Positions 1-9,779 of a stretch of DNA of 64,000 bases are shown here, piece by piece. The stretch is taken from contig OZ246001.1 in the NCBI GenBank assembly GCA_965230295.1, forward strand, positions 1,472,001 through 1,536,000. Reading direction: 5' to 3'. The DNA comes from Marinicella sp. (lineage in GTDB: Bacteria > Pseudomonadota > Gammaproteobacteria > Xanthomonadales > Marinicellaceae). The notes under the pieces are model-generated. The model was given only the letters and a program-made list of their open reading frames with translations, searched no databases and was not told the DNA's origin. Each line of letters starts with the position of its first letter. The stretch's first letter is position 1. Position numbers and translations under genes: made by a program.

Positions 1-1098
1 AGTCAACTCCATTTGCAAATTTTTCAGCCCGGCAATGGCTTTGAATTTATCACCCATTTCATCAGGTAAAACCAATTTTTTCATTTCATTGGCCAAGGCA
101 TAATAGGTTTCAAAATCACCCTCCGGATCCAACCATTTCTCAATGCCACTGGACAGCAGGAAATCAGCTTGGGTGGTGAAACCAGACACTTCAACACCAG
201 CAGCATCCATGGCTTCAGCCACAGCGGTGAAATCTACAAAAGCGGTGATGTCTTGTAAACCGATGTCTTGATACGGGTTGAAATTGGCTTGGTGCCTGCG
301 ATGACAGACTAATGTACCGGTATCACGCTGTGGGTGGAAAAAGGTACGCCGACCAAAACCGTAATCAACCATCAGCACCATGCCCTTGCTCAATGGTGTC
401 ACTACCGAGGCCAACCAGGCACTCAAATGTGGAATAAACTCCGATCGATAACCATTGGCCAAATCCAAATCCATACGTTGCAGCTGTTGTAACATTTCAG
501 GTTCAAAATCATGCCATTGTTCTGTCAGTTGACCCTTTTCATCAGCAAGCATCAACCGTTGGTATCGACCTTTGTCATATTGAAACACCTCAACAGGCAA
601 AGCATCCAGGACTTCATTGGCAAAGATGATGCCTTCAAACGGGTCCATGGGTGGTGCATCTACCCAACTGACCAATCGGCCCAAGTGATTTGGCAACTGG
701 GATACTGCCTGCTGTTGTAGCTGCTTCAGGTCTGCACTGACCTCAAAAATCAAATACCGCTCAGGCAAACAGTCCAATTGATCCAAGGCCTCTAGCACAT
801 CCACACAAAACCGGCCTGTTCCAGCACCCAGTTCAAACATTGTGGGCCGCTCTAATTGCGATAAAACTTCAGCAAAAAAACTGGCATGACAACGGGCAAA
901 CAAGTAACCCATTTCAGGGGATGTGACAAAATCACCTCCTGCACCTAACTTATTCAAACCAGCACTGTAATACCCCAGTCCTGGCTCATACAAGGCCATT
1001 TGCATAAATTCCGCAAAACTAATCACACCTTTTTGTTTGATTTGTGCGGTAATTTTATGTTGCAATGAGCGCTTAATTTCTAACAGTGTATCGGACAT
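1..1098 (-). CDS. SAM-dependent methyltransferase, MidA/NDUFAF7 (DUF185) family; 3' end runs off the window
   Basis: Absent from the ORF track because there is no stop in the window. Manual minus-strand translation from ATG 1098 gives MSDTLLEIK...ISFAEFMQMALYEPGLGYY...GDFVTSPE...ELGAGTG...ANEVLDALP...VDYG...QDITAFVDF, the DUF185 motifs. Confidence 0.9.
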   Translation of the reverse strand, partial: MSDTLLEIKRSLQHKITAQIKQKGVISFAEFMQMALYEPGLGYYSAGLNKLGAGGDFVTSPEMGYLFARCHASFFAEVLSQLERPTMFELGAGTGRFCVDVLEALDQLDCLPERYLIFEVSADLKQLQQQAVSQLPNHLGRLVSWVDAPPMDPFEGIIFANEVLDALPVEVFQYDKGRYQRLMLADEKGQLTEQWHDFEPEMLQQLQRMDLDLANGYRSEFIPHLSAWLASVVTPLSKGMVLMVDYGFGRRTFFHPQRDTGTLVCHRRHQANFNPYQDIGLQDITAFVDFTAVAEAMDAAGVEVSGFTTQADFLLSSGIEKWLDPEGDFETYYALANEMKKLVLPDEMGDKFKAIAGLKNLQMELT

Positions 1099-1103
1099 GC
1101 TTG

Positions 1104-1676
1104 ATGGACAAAGACCTCACAATTTGGTTATACAACAACCCTTATAAAAACAAGTCTGAGGCCAAGCCCCATTCTGACGCCATTTTACAGCAGTTGCTCC
1201 AAAACACACTGAATACTTCCCAACCGATCAAAATATTTAAAAATGAAAATGGCAAACCATATGTCGATGAACCGGTTTATTTTTCTCACACCAACTGTCA
1301 TAACCTGTACGCTTATGTGATTTCCACCCATGGCGAGGTGGGTGTGGATGTTGAATTCATCCGTCCAGATTGGGATTTTATGCGTTTGGCAGGTCGCTAT
1401 TTTTCTGGTGATGAAATAGAATTACTCAAGAGCCTGGAACCCAACAATAAACAACTCAAATTTTTTCAGTTGTGGACCCAAAAAGAAGCTTGGTGTAAAT
1501 TGGATGGCGGTAACCTGTGGGCCTATTTAAAGCGATCGGTTTTGAACCACGAGCAATTAACTAACCAACAAGGAACATTGATTCACATGAAGAACAACAA
1601 TCAGATTTCTGGATTCAAATGTGCCACGGCCAGCACCTACCCCATCAACCATATTTGGATCAACTCCATAAGCTGA
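1104..1676 (+). CDS. 4'-phosphopantetheinyl transferase, Sfp-like
   Basis: NENGKP, FSHT, VGVDVE and FFQLWTQKEAWCK motifs. ATG 1104 chosen over GTG 1086. Confidence 0.85.
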   Translation: MDKDLTIWLYNNPYKNKSEAKPHSDAILQQLLQNTLNTSQPIKIFKNENGKPYVDEPVYFSHTNCHNLYAYVISTHGEVGVDVEFIRPDWDFMRLAGRYFSGDEIELLKSLEPNNKQLKFFQLWTQKEAWCKLDGGNLWAYLKRSVLNHEQLTNQQGTLIHMKNNNQISGFKCATASTYPINHIWINSIS

Positions 1677-1687
1677 AGGTGTACATC

Positions 1688-3418
1688 ATGAGAGTGACAA
1701 CCCTGCTGTTTATGATGATGTTTTTAACTGGCTGCTATGTCAACAAAGAAACCATCAGACAAGTAGAACAAGTGGTAGAAGTCAAAAAAGACAGCACCAT
1801 CACTTGCACCAATGATGACGGCACCCGATGCGCCATAAAATCTCCATTTGCATCTCAATATGCGATGTCAGTTCAACAAGACAGCAACCGCATGATGTTG
1901 TTGGATCACGGAGAAGAATCATTGTTGGCTCGATTACACCTGATCAGAGCCGCTCAACACAGCATAGAAATCCAGACTTTCATCTGGGTTAACGATGAAG
2001 CCGGGCATTTTATCTTGCGTGAACTGCTGGCTGCAGCAAAAAGAGGTGTCAAAGTCAAAGTCATCATTGATCAATTGTTCTCAATGGGCAACTCGTGGTT
2101 GGTCACCGATCTGGCCACTTTACACCAAAACCTAGAAATCAAACTGTACAACCCGGTGTTCCAAGATGCCCATACCTCACCGTTTGAGTTTTTCAGTGCC
2201 ATGGCATGTTGTATGGCGCGCTTGAACAAACGCATGCACAACAAAACTTTTATTGTGGACAGTAAATATGGCATCGTTGGCGGTCGCAATTATCAAAGCC
2301 GTTACTATGACTGGGATGAAAATTTCAATTACAAGGACCGAGATGTCATGGCCATTGGTACTGTGGTTGATGACATGACAGAATCATTTGCCAGTTTCTG
2401 GCAAAGCCCGCATGTGGTTCCCGTGGAGTATTTACGTGATGTCAGCGCCCGCATTCTAAAAAACGAGCAATCAAAAATAAACTGGCAACAGGCTTTTTCA
2501 GACAAAGCCTTACAATTAACGGCCAAAGCAATCGATGCCGATTATGTGGCCAGGAAATTCTTTCCACACATCATTGAGGTTGATCAAGTTGAATACTTCA
2601 GTGACACCCATGACAAACCCTTCAACAAACAAGCCCGCAACGCCAACAAACAATTAACCCAGAAAATCCATCAAATTTTTGCCTCGGCAGAACACAGCAT
2701 ACTGATCCAAACACCCTATCTGGTTTTCAGCCGCAAAGCCCGAAAAACCTTGAAGAAGTTACGTAAGAACAACCCAGATCTGGAGTTGATTGTGTCCACC
2801 AATTCTTTGGCCTCAACAGACGCGTATTACGTGTATGCCATTTCATACAAGTACAAACGTTTTTACCTGAAAAAACTGAAGATGCAAATCTATGAATTCA
2901 AAGACCGGCCTGCCTTGATCGATGACATGTTTGCTTCACACACCATCAATGAAAAAACCCGCATCGGCATGCACGGCAAATCATTTGTGATTGACGGGTA
3001 TATTTCAATGATAGGATCTCATAATTTTGATCCAAGATCTGATGTGTTGAACACGGAGTCAGGGTTTGTGATTAAGAGTGAAGCTTTTGCCCATCTGCTC
3101 TCGCAAAATATTCGAACGGACATGAAAGATGAAAACAGCTGGGTGGTGGCCGCCAAAGAGCAAATTCCATTTTTTAGTCACATCAGCGGTGTGATTGCCA
3201 CCATATCAAGAAAATTACCCATTTTTGATATTTGGCCATTTCGTTACTCAACCAGTTACCAATTAAAACCAGGCCACCCTGAGGTACCATCAGATCACCC
3301 GGATTTTTATTTAAATTATGAAGCAATTGGCAATTTTCCGAATGTCAATTTGTCTTCTAAGCAAATTCAAACGATAATAATATCTGCTTTTGCCGGTTTT
3401 GCTGAACCTGTGATGTAA
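1688..3418 (+). CDS. Phospholipase D family lipoprotein (ClsC/YmdC-like)
   Basis: Two HKD motifs (RMHNKTFIVD, MHGKSFVID) and an N-terminal lipobox LTGC. Confidence 0.88.
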   Translation: MRVTTLLFMMMFLTGCYVNKETIRQVEQVVEVKKDSTITCTNDDGTRCAIKSPFASQYAMSVQQDSNRMMLLDHGEESLLARLHLIRAAQHSIEIQTFIWVNDEAGHFILRELLAAAKRGVKVKVIIDQLFSMGNSWLVTDLATLHQNLEIKLYNPVFQDAHTSPFEFFSAMACCMARLNKRMHNKTFIVDSKYGIVGGRNYQSRYYDWDENFNYKDRDVMAIGTVVDDMTESFASFWQSPHVVPVEYLRDVSARILKNEQSKINWQQAFSDKALQLTAKAIDADYVARKFFPHIIEVDQVEYFSDTHDKPFNKQARNANKQLTQKIHQIFASAEHSILIQTPYLVFSRKARKTLKKLRKNNPDLELIVSTNSLASTDAYYVYAISYKYKRFYLKKLKMQIYEFKDRPALIDDMFASHTINEKTRIGMHGKSFVIDGYISMIGSHNFDPRSDVLNTESGFVIKSEAFAHLLSQNIRTDMKDENSWVVAAKEQIPFFSHISGVIATISRKLPIFDIWPFRYSTSYQLKPGHPEVPSDHPDFYLNYEAIGNFPNVNLSSKQIQTIIISAFAGFAEPVM

Positions 3419-3429
3419 CAGAGAAAAAT

Positions 3430-4755
3430 ATGAACAACAGAAATAAACTCATTGTATTGGCCATTTTGGTGGCATTGGTGGCTTTGCCATACTGGCGAAT
3501 CAAGCACAACAGTAAATTTTTTGTGGAGGGCATCATGGCCCACCTCAGTCATTTGGGAGAGTGGTCACAAGGTGAAGTCTCCACATCTTTAAATGGTGAG
3601 GTCACCATGCGAAAAGTGACATTCAGACCAACAGGCTATCGCCAAAGCTTCAACATCGATTCTATACAAGTGCACACAGACATGAAAAAACTGTTGTTCT
3701 CCGGAACCCAGCATTTGATCAGTCACATGCCCAATCACATGACCTTGTATATCAACAATGCCCGGGTTGGTGGAGGCGGCAATGACCTGCAACAGGCCAT
3801 CAACAAAGCCAACTACTGGCCTATGGCAGCCAATTATCTGGGGGCATTTGGTTGTGGCGAAGGCAACGGCCCCAATTTCAGTGACCAACAATGGCAAGCC
3901 ATATTCCCAACGGCACCCAGCTTTAATATTGAAATCAACTATTCTCTGGTTGATGATTACCACATCGACTTCAACTTTAATGTAGACAGTCCAGACAGTT
4001 GGTACATCGCCTGGTCCGGTACATTAACCAGGCCCAGTGACATTGAACGCATCACCTTTAATGACACGATCATCGACACGTTGTACTACTACCAAATCGA
4101 TCAAGGCTTTAACCAGAAACGCAACAACATGTGTGCCAAAGCCAATAAAGACTCTTTTGCTGCCTACCGTTTAAAAAGTGCAGAAGAAATTCAAAAATAC
4201 CTGCGGGTTTATGCTGGCAAGGAAATGCCAGATTTTCTCAGCAACCAATACCAACGAGCCTTGTCAGAAAACATTGAGTTGAATGCCATATTTGATTTGG
4301 TTGAACCTAAATACATATTCGAATTGGCTGATATGAGTCAAACTGATTACTACAGTCAAGTAAACATTGAAGCCGCCTTGGGTGAAAATGAATACCAAAA
4401 AATAGAGTTGGCAGAAATTGATTTTCTGGAACTTGACATGGACACCTTGCGAGCAGAAATGGAAGCCAAACAAAAAGAAGCGGCGCGACTTGAAGCCGAG
4501 GCCAACAAACCCAAAGAGCTGTTAAAAACCATCACACGCTCAATTGGCAAAAGTGCCAATGAAACCACCATCAGCGATTGGACTCAGGCAGTGGGCCAAA
4601 ACATCAAAGTCAGAACCAAGCGAGGCCGGCCCATCTTTGGACGCTTATTAGACATCAATGACAAGCAATTGACCATTTCATCCAGATACATGCGCGGTGA
4701 CGCAACCATCACCGTATCTCGCAAAGATGTGGTGTCTATGAGTGTCAGTAGATAA
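3430..4755 (+). CDS. Hypothetical N-terminally anchored protein with a coiled coil and small C-terminal beta domain
   Basis: 441-aa ORF in operon position with an N-terminal TM segment. No family recognised. Confidence 0.7.
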   Translation: MNNRNKLIVLAILVALVALPYWRIKHNSKFFVEGIMAHLSHLGEWSQGEVSTSLNGEVTMRKVTFRPTGYRQSFNIDSIQVHTDMKKLLFSGTQHLISHMPNHMTLYINNARVGGGGNDLQQAINKANYWPMAANYLGAFGCGEGNGPNFSDQQWQAIFPTAPSFNIEINYSLVDDYHIDFNFNVDSPDSWYIAWSGTLTRPSDIERITFNDTIIDTLYYYQIDQGFNQKRNNMCAKANKDSFAAYRLKSAEEIQKYLRVYAGKEMPDFLSNQYQRALSENIELNAIFDLVEPKYIFELADMSQTDYYSQVNIEAALGENEYQKIELAEIDFLELDMDTLRAEMEAKQKEAARLEAEANKPKELLKTITRSIGKSANETTISDWTQAVGQNIKVRTKRGRPIFGRLLDINDKQLTISSRYMRGDATITVSRKDVVSMSVSR

Positions 4756-4771
4756 CGCCGTTTACTTGAAA

Positions 4772-5730
4772 ATGACTGCTGGAAATTGGCTGAACCGGTG
4801 GTGGTTTTGGGTTGTACTGATGGTGGTATTGGTCATCCTGGCATTATCAGTGGGCACAGTCAGGGTTCCCTTGTCTGCCATCTTCAATACCGAATCTGAA
4901 TTTTTCACCATTGTCTGGCACTTGCGCTTTCCTCGAATCATCAATGCCTTGATGGTCGGTGGCTGTTTGGCGCTGGCTGGTTTGCTGATCCAGAATCTGG
5001 TCAAAAATCCGCTGGCCGACCCTTATCTACTTGGTGTATCAGGCGGCGCCGCATCGGTACAATTACTGATCATCATAACCGGCTCAGTTTGTCTCAACAT
5101 GTGCTGTTTTTGTTTGGCTTCCTCGGTAGTTTATTGGCCACCATGCTGTTATTGAAGCTCAGTTATCGAGGCAAGATCAGGCCAGATAAAATCACCCTTA
5201 ATGGGGTGGTTTTGGCCTTCGGGTTTGCGGCATTCATCAGCTTTGTTTTGGCCACAGCATCAGGCCAGCAAGTAAAATCCATGATGTTTTGGTTGATGGG
5301 AGATTTGAGCTTTTCGCAACCCAATGGCCTCATGCCTGTGATTTTACTGTTGTGCTTTCTGGCTTTGTACAAACACAACCGGGCGCTGGATTTATTGGCG
5401 CGCGGTGAGTTGTTTGCCATCAAATCCGGGGTCAATGCACACCGCATTAATTTGTTGGTTTTCATCATTACGGCTTTACTGACTTCAATGGCCGTGGCAC
5501 AAGCAGGCACCATTGGCTTTGTGGGCTTGATCATTCCGCATTTGGTCCGTTTGTTCACAGGTTACCAGCACCGTAACCTGATGCCGATGTGTTTATTGGT
5601 GGGGGGCTGCTTTTTATTGGCGGCTGACACTTTGGCACGAACGCTCATGAGCCCGATTCAATTGCCTGTTGGCATCTTCACCGCATTGATTGGTGTGCCT
5701 GTGTTTTTGTGGTTGAACCAGAAAGTCTGA
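4772..5730 (+). pseudogene. FecCD/BtuC-family iron/cobalamin ABC permease split by a 1-nt frameshift near 5080-5090 (pseudogene or sequence error)
   Basis: N-half (LRFPRII, KNPLADPYLLGVSGGA) is in one frame and C-half (WLMGDLS, GTIGFVGLIIPH, LPVGIFTALIG) in another. One extra base restores a ~319-aa permease. Confidence 0.75.
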
Positions 5731-6434
5731 TGCTTAAGATTACAAACCTCACTTTACAACAAGATGGAATCTCGATATTTTCCGGCCTTGAGGGCACCTT
5801 TAGTAAAGGTGAATTTTGGGGAGTTGTTGGCCAGAACGGAGTGGGTAAATCAACCTTATTACAGACCATGGCGGGGATGACCCCAATGTCCGACGGCAGC
5901 ATCATTGTAGACGGTCATGCCGTCGATCAAATGGACTCAGTGACACGCGCACAAAAGCTCAGTTTCTTATTGCAAGACCAAGAGCCCTGTTTGTCCTTTT
6001 CAGTCAAAGAAGCTGTTGGCATGGGCCGCTACCCCTGGCGCTCTAGGCGAAATGAAGACCAAATCATCACCGAAACTGCTTTAGCAACTTGTCGTATCAC
6101 GAATCTGGCTGACCGCTCCATATTAAAACTGTCTGGAGGTGAGCGGCGAAAGGTTGAAATTGCCACTTGTCTGGCACAACAATCGGATTACTTGTTGTTA
6201 GATGAACCCTTAAATCATTTGGACTTGGTGTATCGGAAACACATCCTGAGTATTTTCAAATCATTCAGCCAAGATCATTGCGTGATGATGGTCTGCCACG
6301 ATCTTGAAGCGGTCAAATCCCATTGTTCTCATGTATTGATGCTGTTGGCTAATAACTGTTATCTGGCTGGAACTTCAGCTACAATATTGAACAAAGATAA
6401 CCTCAAACGACTATTCGATGACAACAGCCAGTAA
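5730..6434 (+). CDS. ABC transporter ATP-binding protein (FecE/BtuD-like)
   Basis: Walker A GQNGVGKST, LSGGE signature, LLLDEP. TGATG coupling to the permease. Confidence 0.9.
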   Translation: MLKITNLTLQQDGISIFSGLEGTFSKGEFWGVVGQNGVGKSTLLQTMAGMTPMSDGSIIVDGHAVDQMDSVTRAQKLSFLLQDQEPCLSFSVKEAVGMGRYPWRSRRNEDQIITETALATCRITNLADRSILKLSGGERRKVEIATCLAQQSDYLLLDEPLNHLDLVYRKHILSIFKSFSQDHCVMMVCHDLEAVKSHCSHVLMLLANNCYLAGTSATILNKDNLKRLFDDNSQ

Positions 6435-8196
6435 AATAACCAACAATTTCATGGCCATCACTGCCAAGCAATGGCTGACAGCAAAAATCATCTCGCAGAA
6501 AGAATTTGCTAAATTGTTAGAGAAGTCAACCGTCACTTCTGCATCGGTTCACCCATACATATCAATCATTGATAACAAGCTAACCAACTTACAAACCGGC
6601 AAGCCGATCACCATGGAGTTTTTGACCCAATGGGTTGCCAAAGCCAACAAGTTGGATTACATGAAAATAGATCCAACGAAAATCAATGTCAACCAAGTGA
6701 CTCAAGTCATCTCACAGGCCTATGCTCGGCAGCATCAGATACTTCCTGTGGGCGTTGATTCCAACGAAATCACCATTGCTGTGGCTGACCCTAAAAACAC
6801 CAGTTGGATCAACGACATACAAAAAATACATCGCCAAACCATCAAGCGCGTACATGCCAACCCCATTGACATCCAACGGTTGTTGTTTGAATTTTATGGC
6901 GTCAACCGTCAGGTGCAAAGTGCCAAGAAATTACACAAAGGGAAAAGCAATGACCCCATCCTTAACCTTGAACAACTGGTTAAACTGGGTGGCAAAGGTG
7001 ACCTCAATGCCGATGATCAACACGTTATCGGGTTGGTCGATTGGTTATTGCAATACGCTTTTGATCAGCGTGCCAGTGACATCCACCTGGAACCCAAACG
7101 TGAAAATTGCCTGATTCGTTTCAGGATCGATGGCAAATTACTCAAAGTATATGACTTACCACCAGCGGTCATGGCGGCGGTGACCAGCCGCATCAAGATC
7201 CTGTCACGCATAGATGTGGCGGAAAAAAGAAGACCACAAGATGGTCGAATTAAAACCCTGTCAAAAGGCCATCGAGAAATTGAACTGCGGGTTTCAACCA
7301 TGCCAACCACTTTTGGTGAAAAATGCGTGATGCGTATTTTTGATCCCGATGCGGTGGTGGTTGATTACCGTGATTTGGGATTCAATGACAATGAAGCGGC
7401 CAACTGGAAACAGTTGATTGACCGACCTCACGGCATTGTGTTGGTAACTGGCCCCACTGGCTCTGGCAAAACCACCACCCTGTATTCAACTTTGAAAAAA
7501 CTGGCCACTCCAGAGGTCAATGTTTCCACCGTGGAAGACCCCATTGAAATGGTTGATCCCATTTTGAATCAAATGCAAGTGAACCCAAAAATCGGTCTAC
7601 ACTTTGCCGATGGTGTCAGAACTTTGATGCGCCAGGATCCTGACATCATCATGATTGGTGAGATTCGAGATTTAGAAACCGCACAAATGGCTGTACAAGC
7701 TTCATTGACTGGTCATTTGGTGTTGTCCACTTTACATACCAATGACGCCCCGTCAAGCATCAACCGACTGCTCGATCTGGGTGTGCCCGATTACCTTTTA
7801 CGCAGTACATTGGCTGGCGTATTGGCACAAAGGCTGATTCGCTTACTGTGCCCACATTGCAAAACACCCACCAAGGTTGATGCCGAAAAATGGGTTTCCA
7901 TGGTACATCCTTTTGACATTCAACCTCCCAAAGAATTGTTCGAAGCCCAGGGCTGTGATGAATGTCGGAACACCGGTTACCATGGACGTTCAGGGGTATT
8001 CGAGATGATGCCCATTCACAACGATGTTCGACGCTTGATTCGCAACGATGTGCCATCTGAGAAAGTCGCGGCTGCAGCCTATGAACAAGGCATGGTGCCA
8101 TTGCGCATTGCCATTTCTCACTTGTTAAAAGCAGGCACCACATCTTTGGAAGAGGCCATGCGTTTGGCCCCACCTGATTTTCAAACCCACGGTTGA
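6418..8196 (+). CDS. GspE/PulE/PilB-family secretion ATPase
   Basis: ASDIHLEP, GPTGSGKTTT, MRQDPDIIMIGEIRD, TGHLVLSTLHTND and CxxC...CxxC zinc motif. Confidence 0.93.
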   Translation: MTTASKITNNFMAITAKQWLTAKIISQKEFAKLLEKSTVTSASVHPYISIIDNKLTNLQTGKPITMEFLTQWVAKANKLDYMKIDPTKINVNQVTQVISQAYARQHQILPVGVDSNEITIAVADPKNTSWINDIQKIHRQTIKRVHANPIDIQRLLFEFYGVNRQVQSAKKLHKGKSNDPILNLEQLVKLGGKGDLNADDQHVIGLVDWLLQYAFDQRASDIHLEPKRENCLIRFRIDGKLLKVYDLPPAVMAAVTSRIKILSRIDVAEKRRPQDGRIKTLSKGHREIELRVSTMPTTFGEKCVMRIFDPDAVVVDYRDLGFNDNEAANWKQLIDRPHGIVLVTGPTGSGKTTTLYSTLKKLATPEVNVSTVEDPIEMVDPILNQMQVNPKIGLHFADGVRTLMRQDPDIIMIGEIRDLETAQMAVQASLTGHLVLSTLHTNDAPSSINRLLDLGVPDYLLRSTLAGVLAQRLIRLLCPHCKTPTKVDAEKWVSMVHPFDIQPPKELFEAQGCDECRNTGYHGRSGVFEMMPIHNDVRRLIRNDVPSEKVAAAAYEQGMVPLRIAISHLLKAGTTSLEEAMRLAPPDFQTHG

Positions 8197-8208
8197 TTTA
8201 ATCCGTCT

Positions 8209-8952
8209 ATGTTCCTAATCATACAAACCGGCGACCCAGTCCCCATGGCCAGACAACAATTCGGCTCTTTTGCTGATTGGTTTATTTTTGGTTTGGGCAT
8301 TGAAACAAGCCAGGCTTTGGTGGTTGATGTTCACCTTGGCCAACCTTTACCCGACGCCAACCAATTGGCCGATGAATTCATTGGTGTCGTGATCACAGGA
8401 TCAGCAGCCATGGTCACCGATCAGGACTCCTGGTTGCTCTCAACACAGCATTGGCTGACCAACATGGCCAAACACAAGATCCCAACCTTGGGGGTTTGTT
8501 ATGGTCACCAAGTATTGGCAGATTTACTGGGTGGAAGAGTGGACTATAACCCCAAAGGTCGCAATATGGGCATGAGTGAATTCCACTTAGCCAGCTCAGC
8601 GTCATCTGATGACTTGTTCAAAAACCACCCAAAGCAAATGCCAACTTTCGCTTCGCACCTACAAAGCGTCACAAGGCTGCCTCAAAGTGCCACTTTATTG
8701 GGCTCTTGCGCGTTGGATGAAAATCATGCGTTCAAAGCGGAAGAAACCATATGGGGCGTTCAATTTCACCCTGAGTGGAATCAGCCCATCATGAAATCCT
8801 ATATCCAAAGTCGTCGGGAAGCATTGCTCAAAGAGGGCTTCAATCCCGAACAAATGTTGGATCACCTGGCACCATGCAATGCAGCGCATGCCACCTTGAG
8901 CCGATTTGCTCAATTGGCCACGGTCAATAGAAAGGCGTTGATTCAGGCTTAG
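8209..8952 (+). CDS. Class I glutamine amidotransferase
   Basis: [13 protein letters not shown] and GVQFHPE (Cys-His-Glu triad). Confidence 0.9.
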   Translation: MFLIIQTGDPVPMARQQFGSFADWFIFGLGIETSQALVVDVHLGQPLPDANQLADEFIGVVITGSAAMVTDQDSWLLSTQHWLTNMAKHKIPTLGVCYGHQVLADLLGGRVDYNPKGRNMGMSEFHLASSASSDDLFKNHPKQMPTFASHLQSVTRLPQSATLLGSCALDENHAFKAEETIWGVQFHPEWNQPIMKSYIQSRREALLKEGFNPEQMLDHLAPCNAAHATLSRFAQLATVNRKALIQA

Positions 8953-9665
8953 ATTTCAGCGTTGTGGTAGACATTTTGGACATCGTCCAACACGTCCAAC
9001 ATCTCTAAAAATTTATTGAAATTTGGCATGTCATCGGCAGAGATGGGGGCCGTGGTTTGTGGCACAAATTGAATTTCGTCCACTTCAAAGTCAATGTCAC
9101 CAAAGGCGTCCTGCAAAGCTTGTTTGGCTTTGAAGTATTCATTGTGTGGTGCAAACACTGTCAACTTGCCGTCTTCGCATTCTATGTCAGTGACATCCAC
9201 ATCAGCGTCCATCAGGGCTTCCAGAGCGGCATCTTCATCATCTCCTGCAAACACCAAAATGGCCGCATGGTCAAACATATGCATCACGGTACCTTGGGTA
9301 CCAATTTTGCTGTCAGTCTTGGTGAAACACAAACGCACATCACCAAAAGTTCGATTCGGGTTGTCAGTCAAACAGTCAACAATCACCATACAACCACCTG
9401 GACCATAACCTTCGTATCTGGCCACTGCAAAATCTTCACCGCCAGCACCTTGAGACTTGTCCAATGCATTTTTTATCACATGGGCAGGTACCTGGGCTTT
9501 TTTGGCTCGATCAAGCAAACTGCGCAATGCCAAATTGCCATCAGGATCAGCTCCGCCTGATTTGGCACAGACGTAAATTTCTCTGCTGAACTTGCTGTAG
9601 ACCCTTGCGTTGGCATCTGAAGTTTTGGCCATCGACTCTTTGCGGTTTTGATAGGCTCTTCCCAT
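8949..9665 (-). CDS. YebC/PmpR family protein
   Basis: MGRAYQNRK start, [24 protein letters not shown]. Confidence 0.93.
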   Translation of the reverse strand: MGRAYQNRKESMAKTSDANARVYSKFSREIYVCAKSGGADPDGNLALRSLLDRAKKAQVPAHVIKNALDKSQGAGGEDFAVARYEGYGPGGCMVIVDCLTDNPNRTFGDVRLCFTKTDSKIGTQGTVMHMFDHAAILVFAGDDEDAALEALMDADVDVTDIECEDGKLTVFAPHNEYFKAKQALQDAFGDIDFEVDEIQFVPQTTAPISADDMPNFNKFLEMLDVLDDVQNVYHNAEI

Positions 9666-9779
9666 GGTTATTCTCGGTAACTGTAAAGGCGGCTATTTTA
9701 CCGCGAACTTGATGGTTTGCAAAATCAATGACAGCGTTAACACCCTATTTGGTGGCTTTTATTTATGTAACAAGAACCG

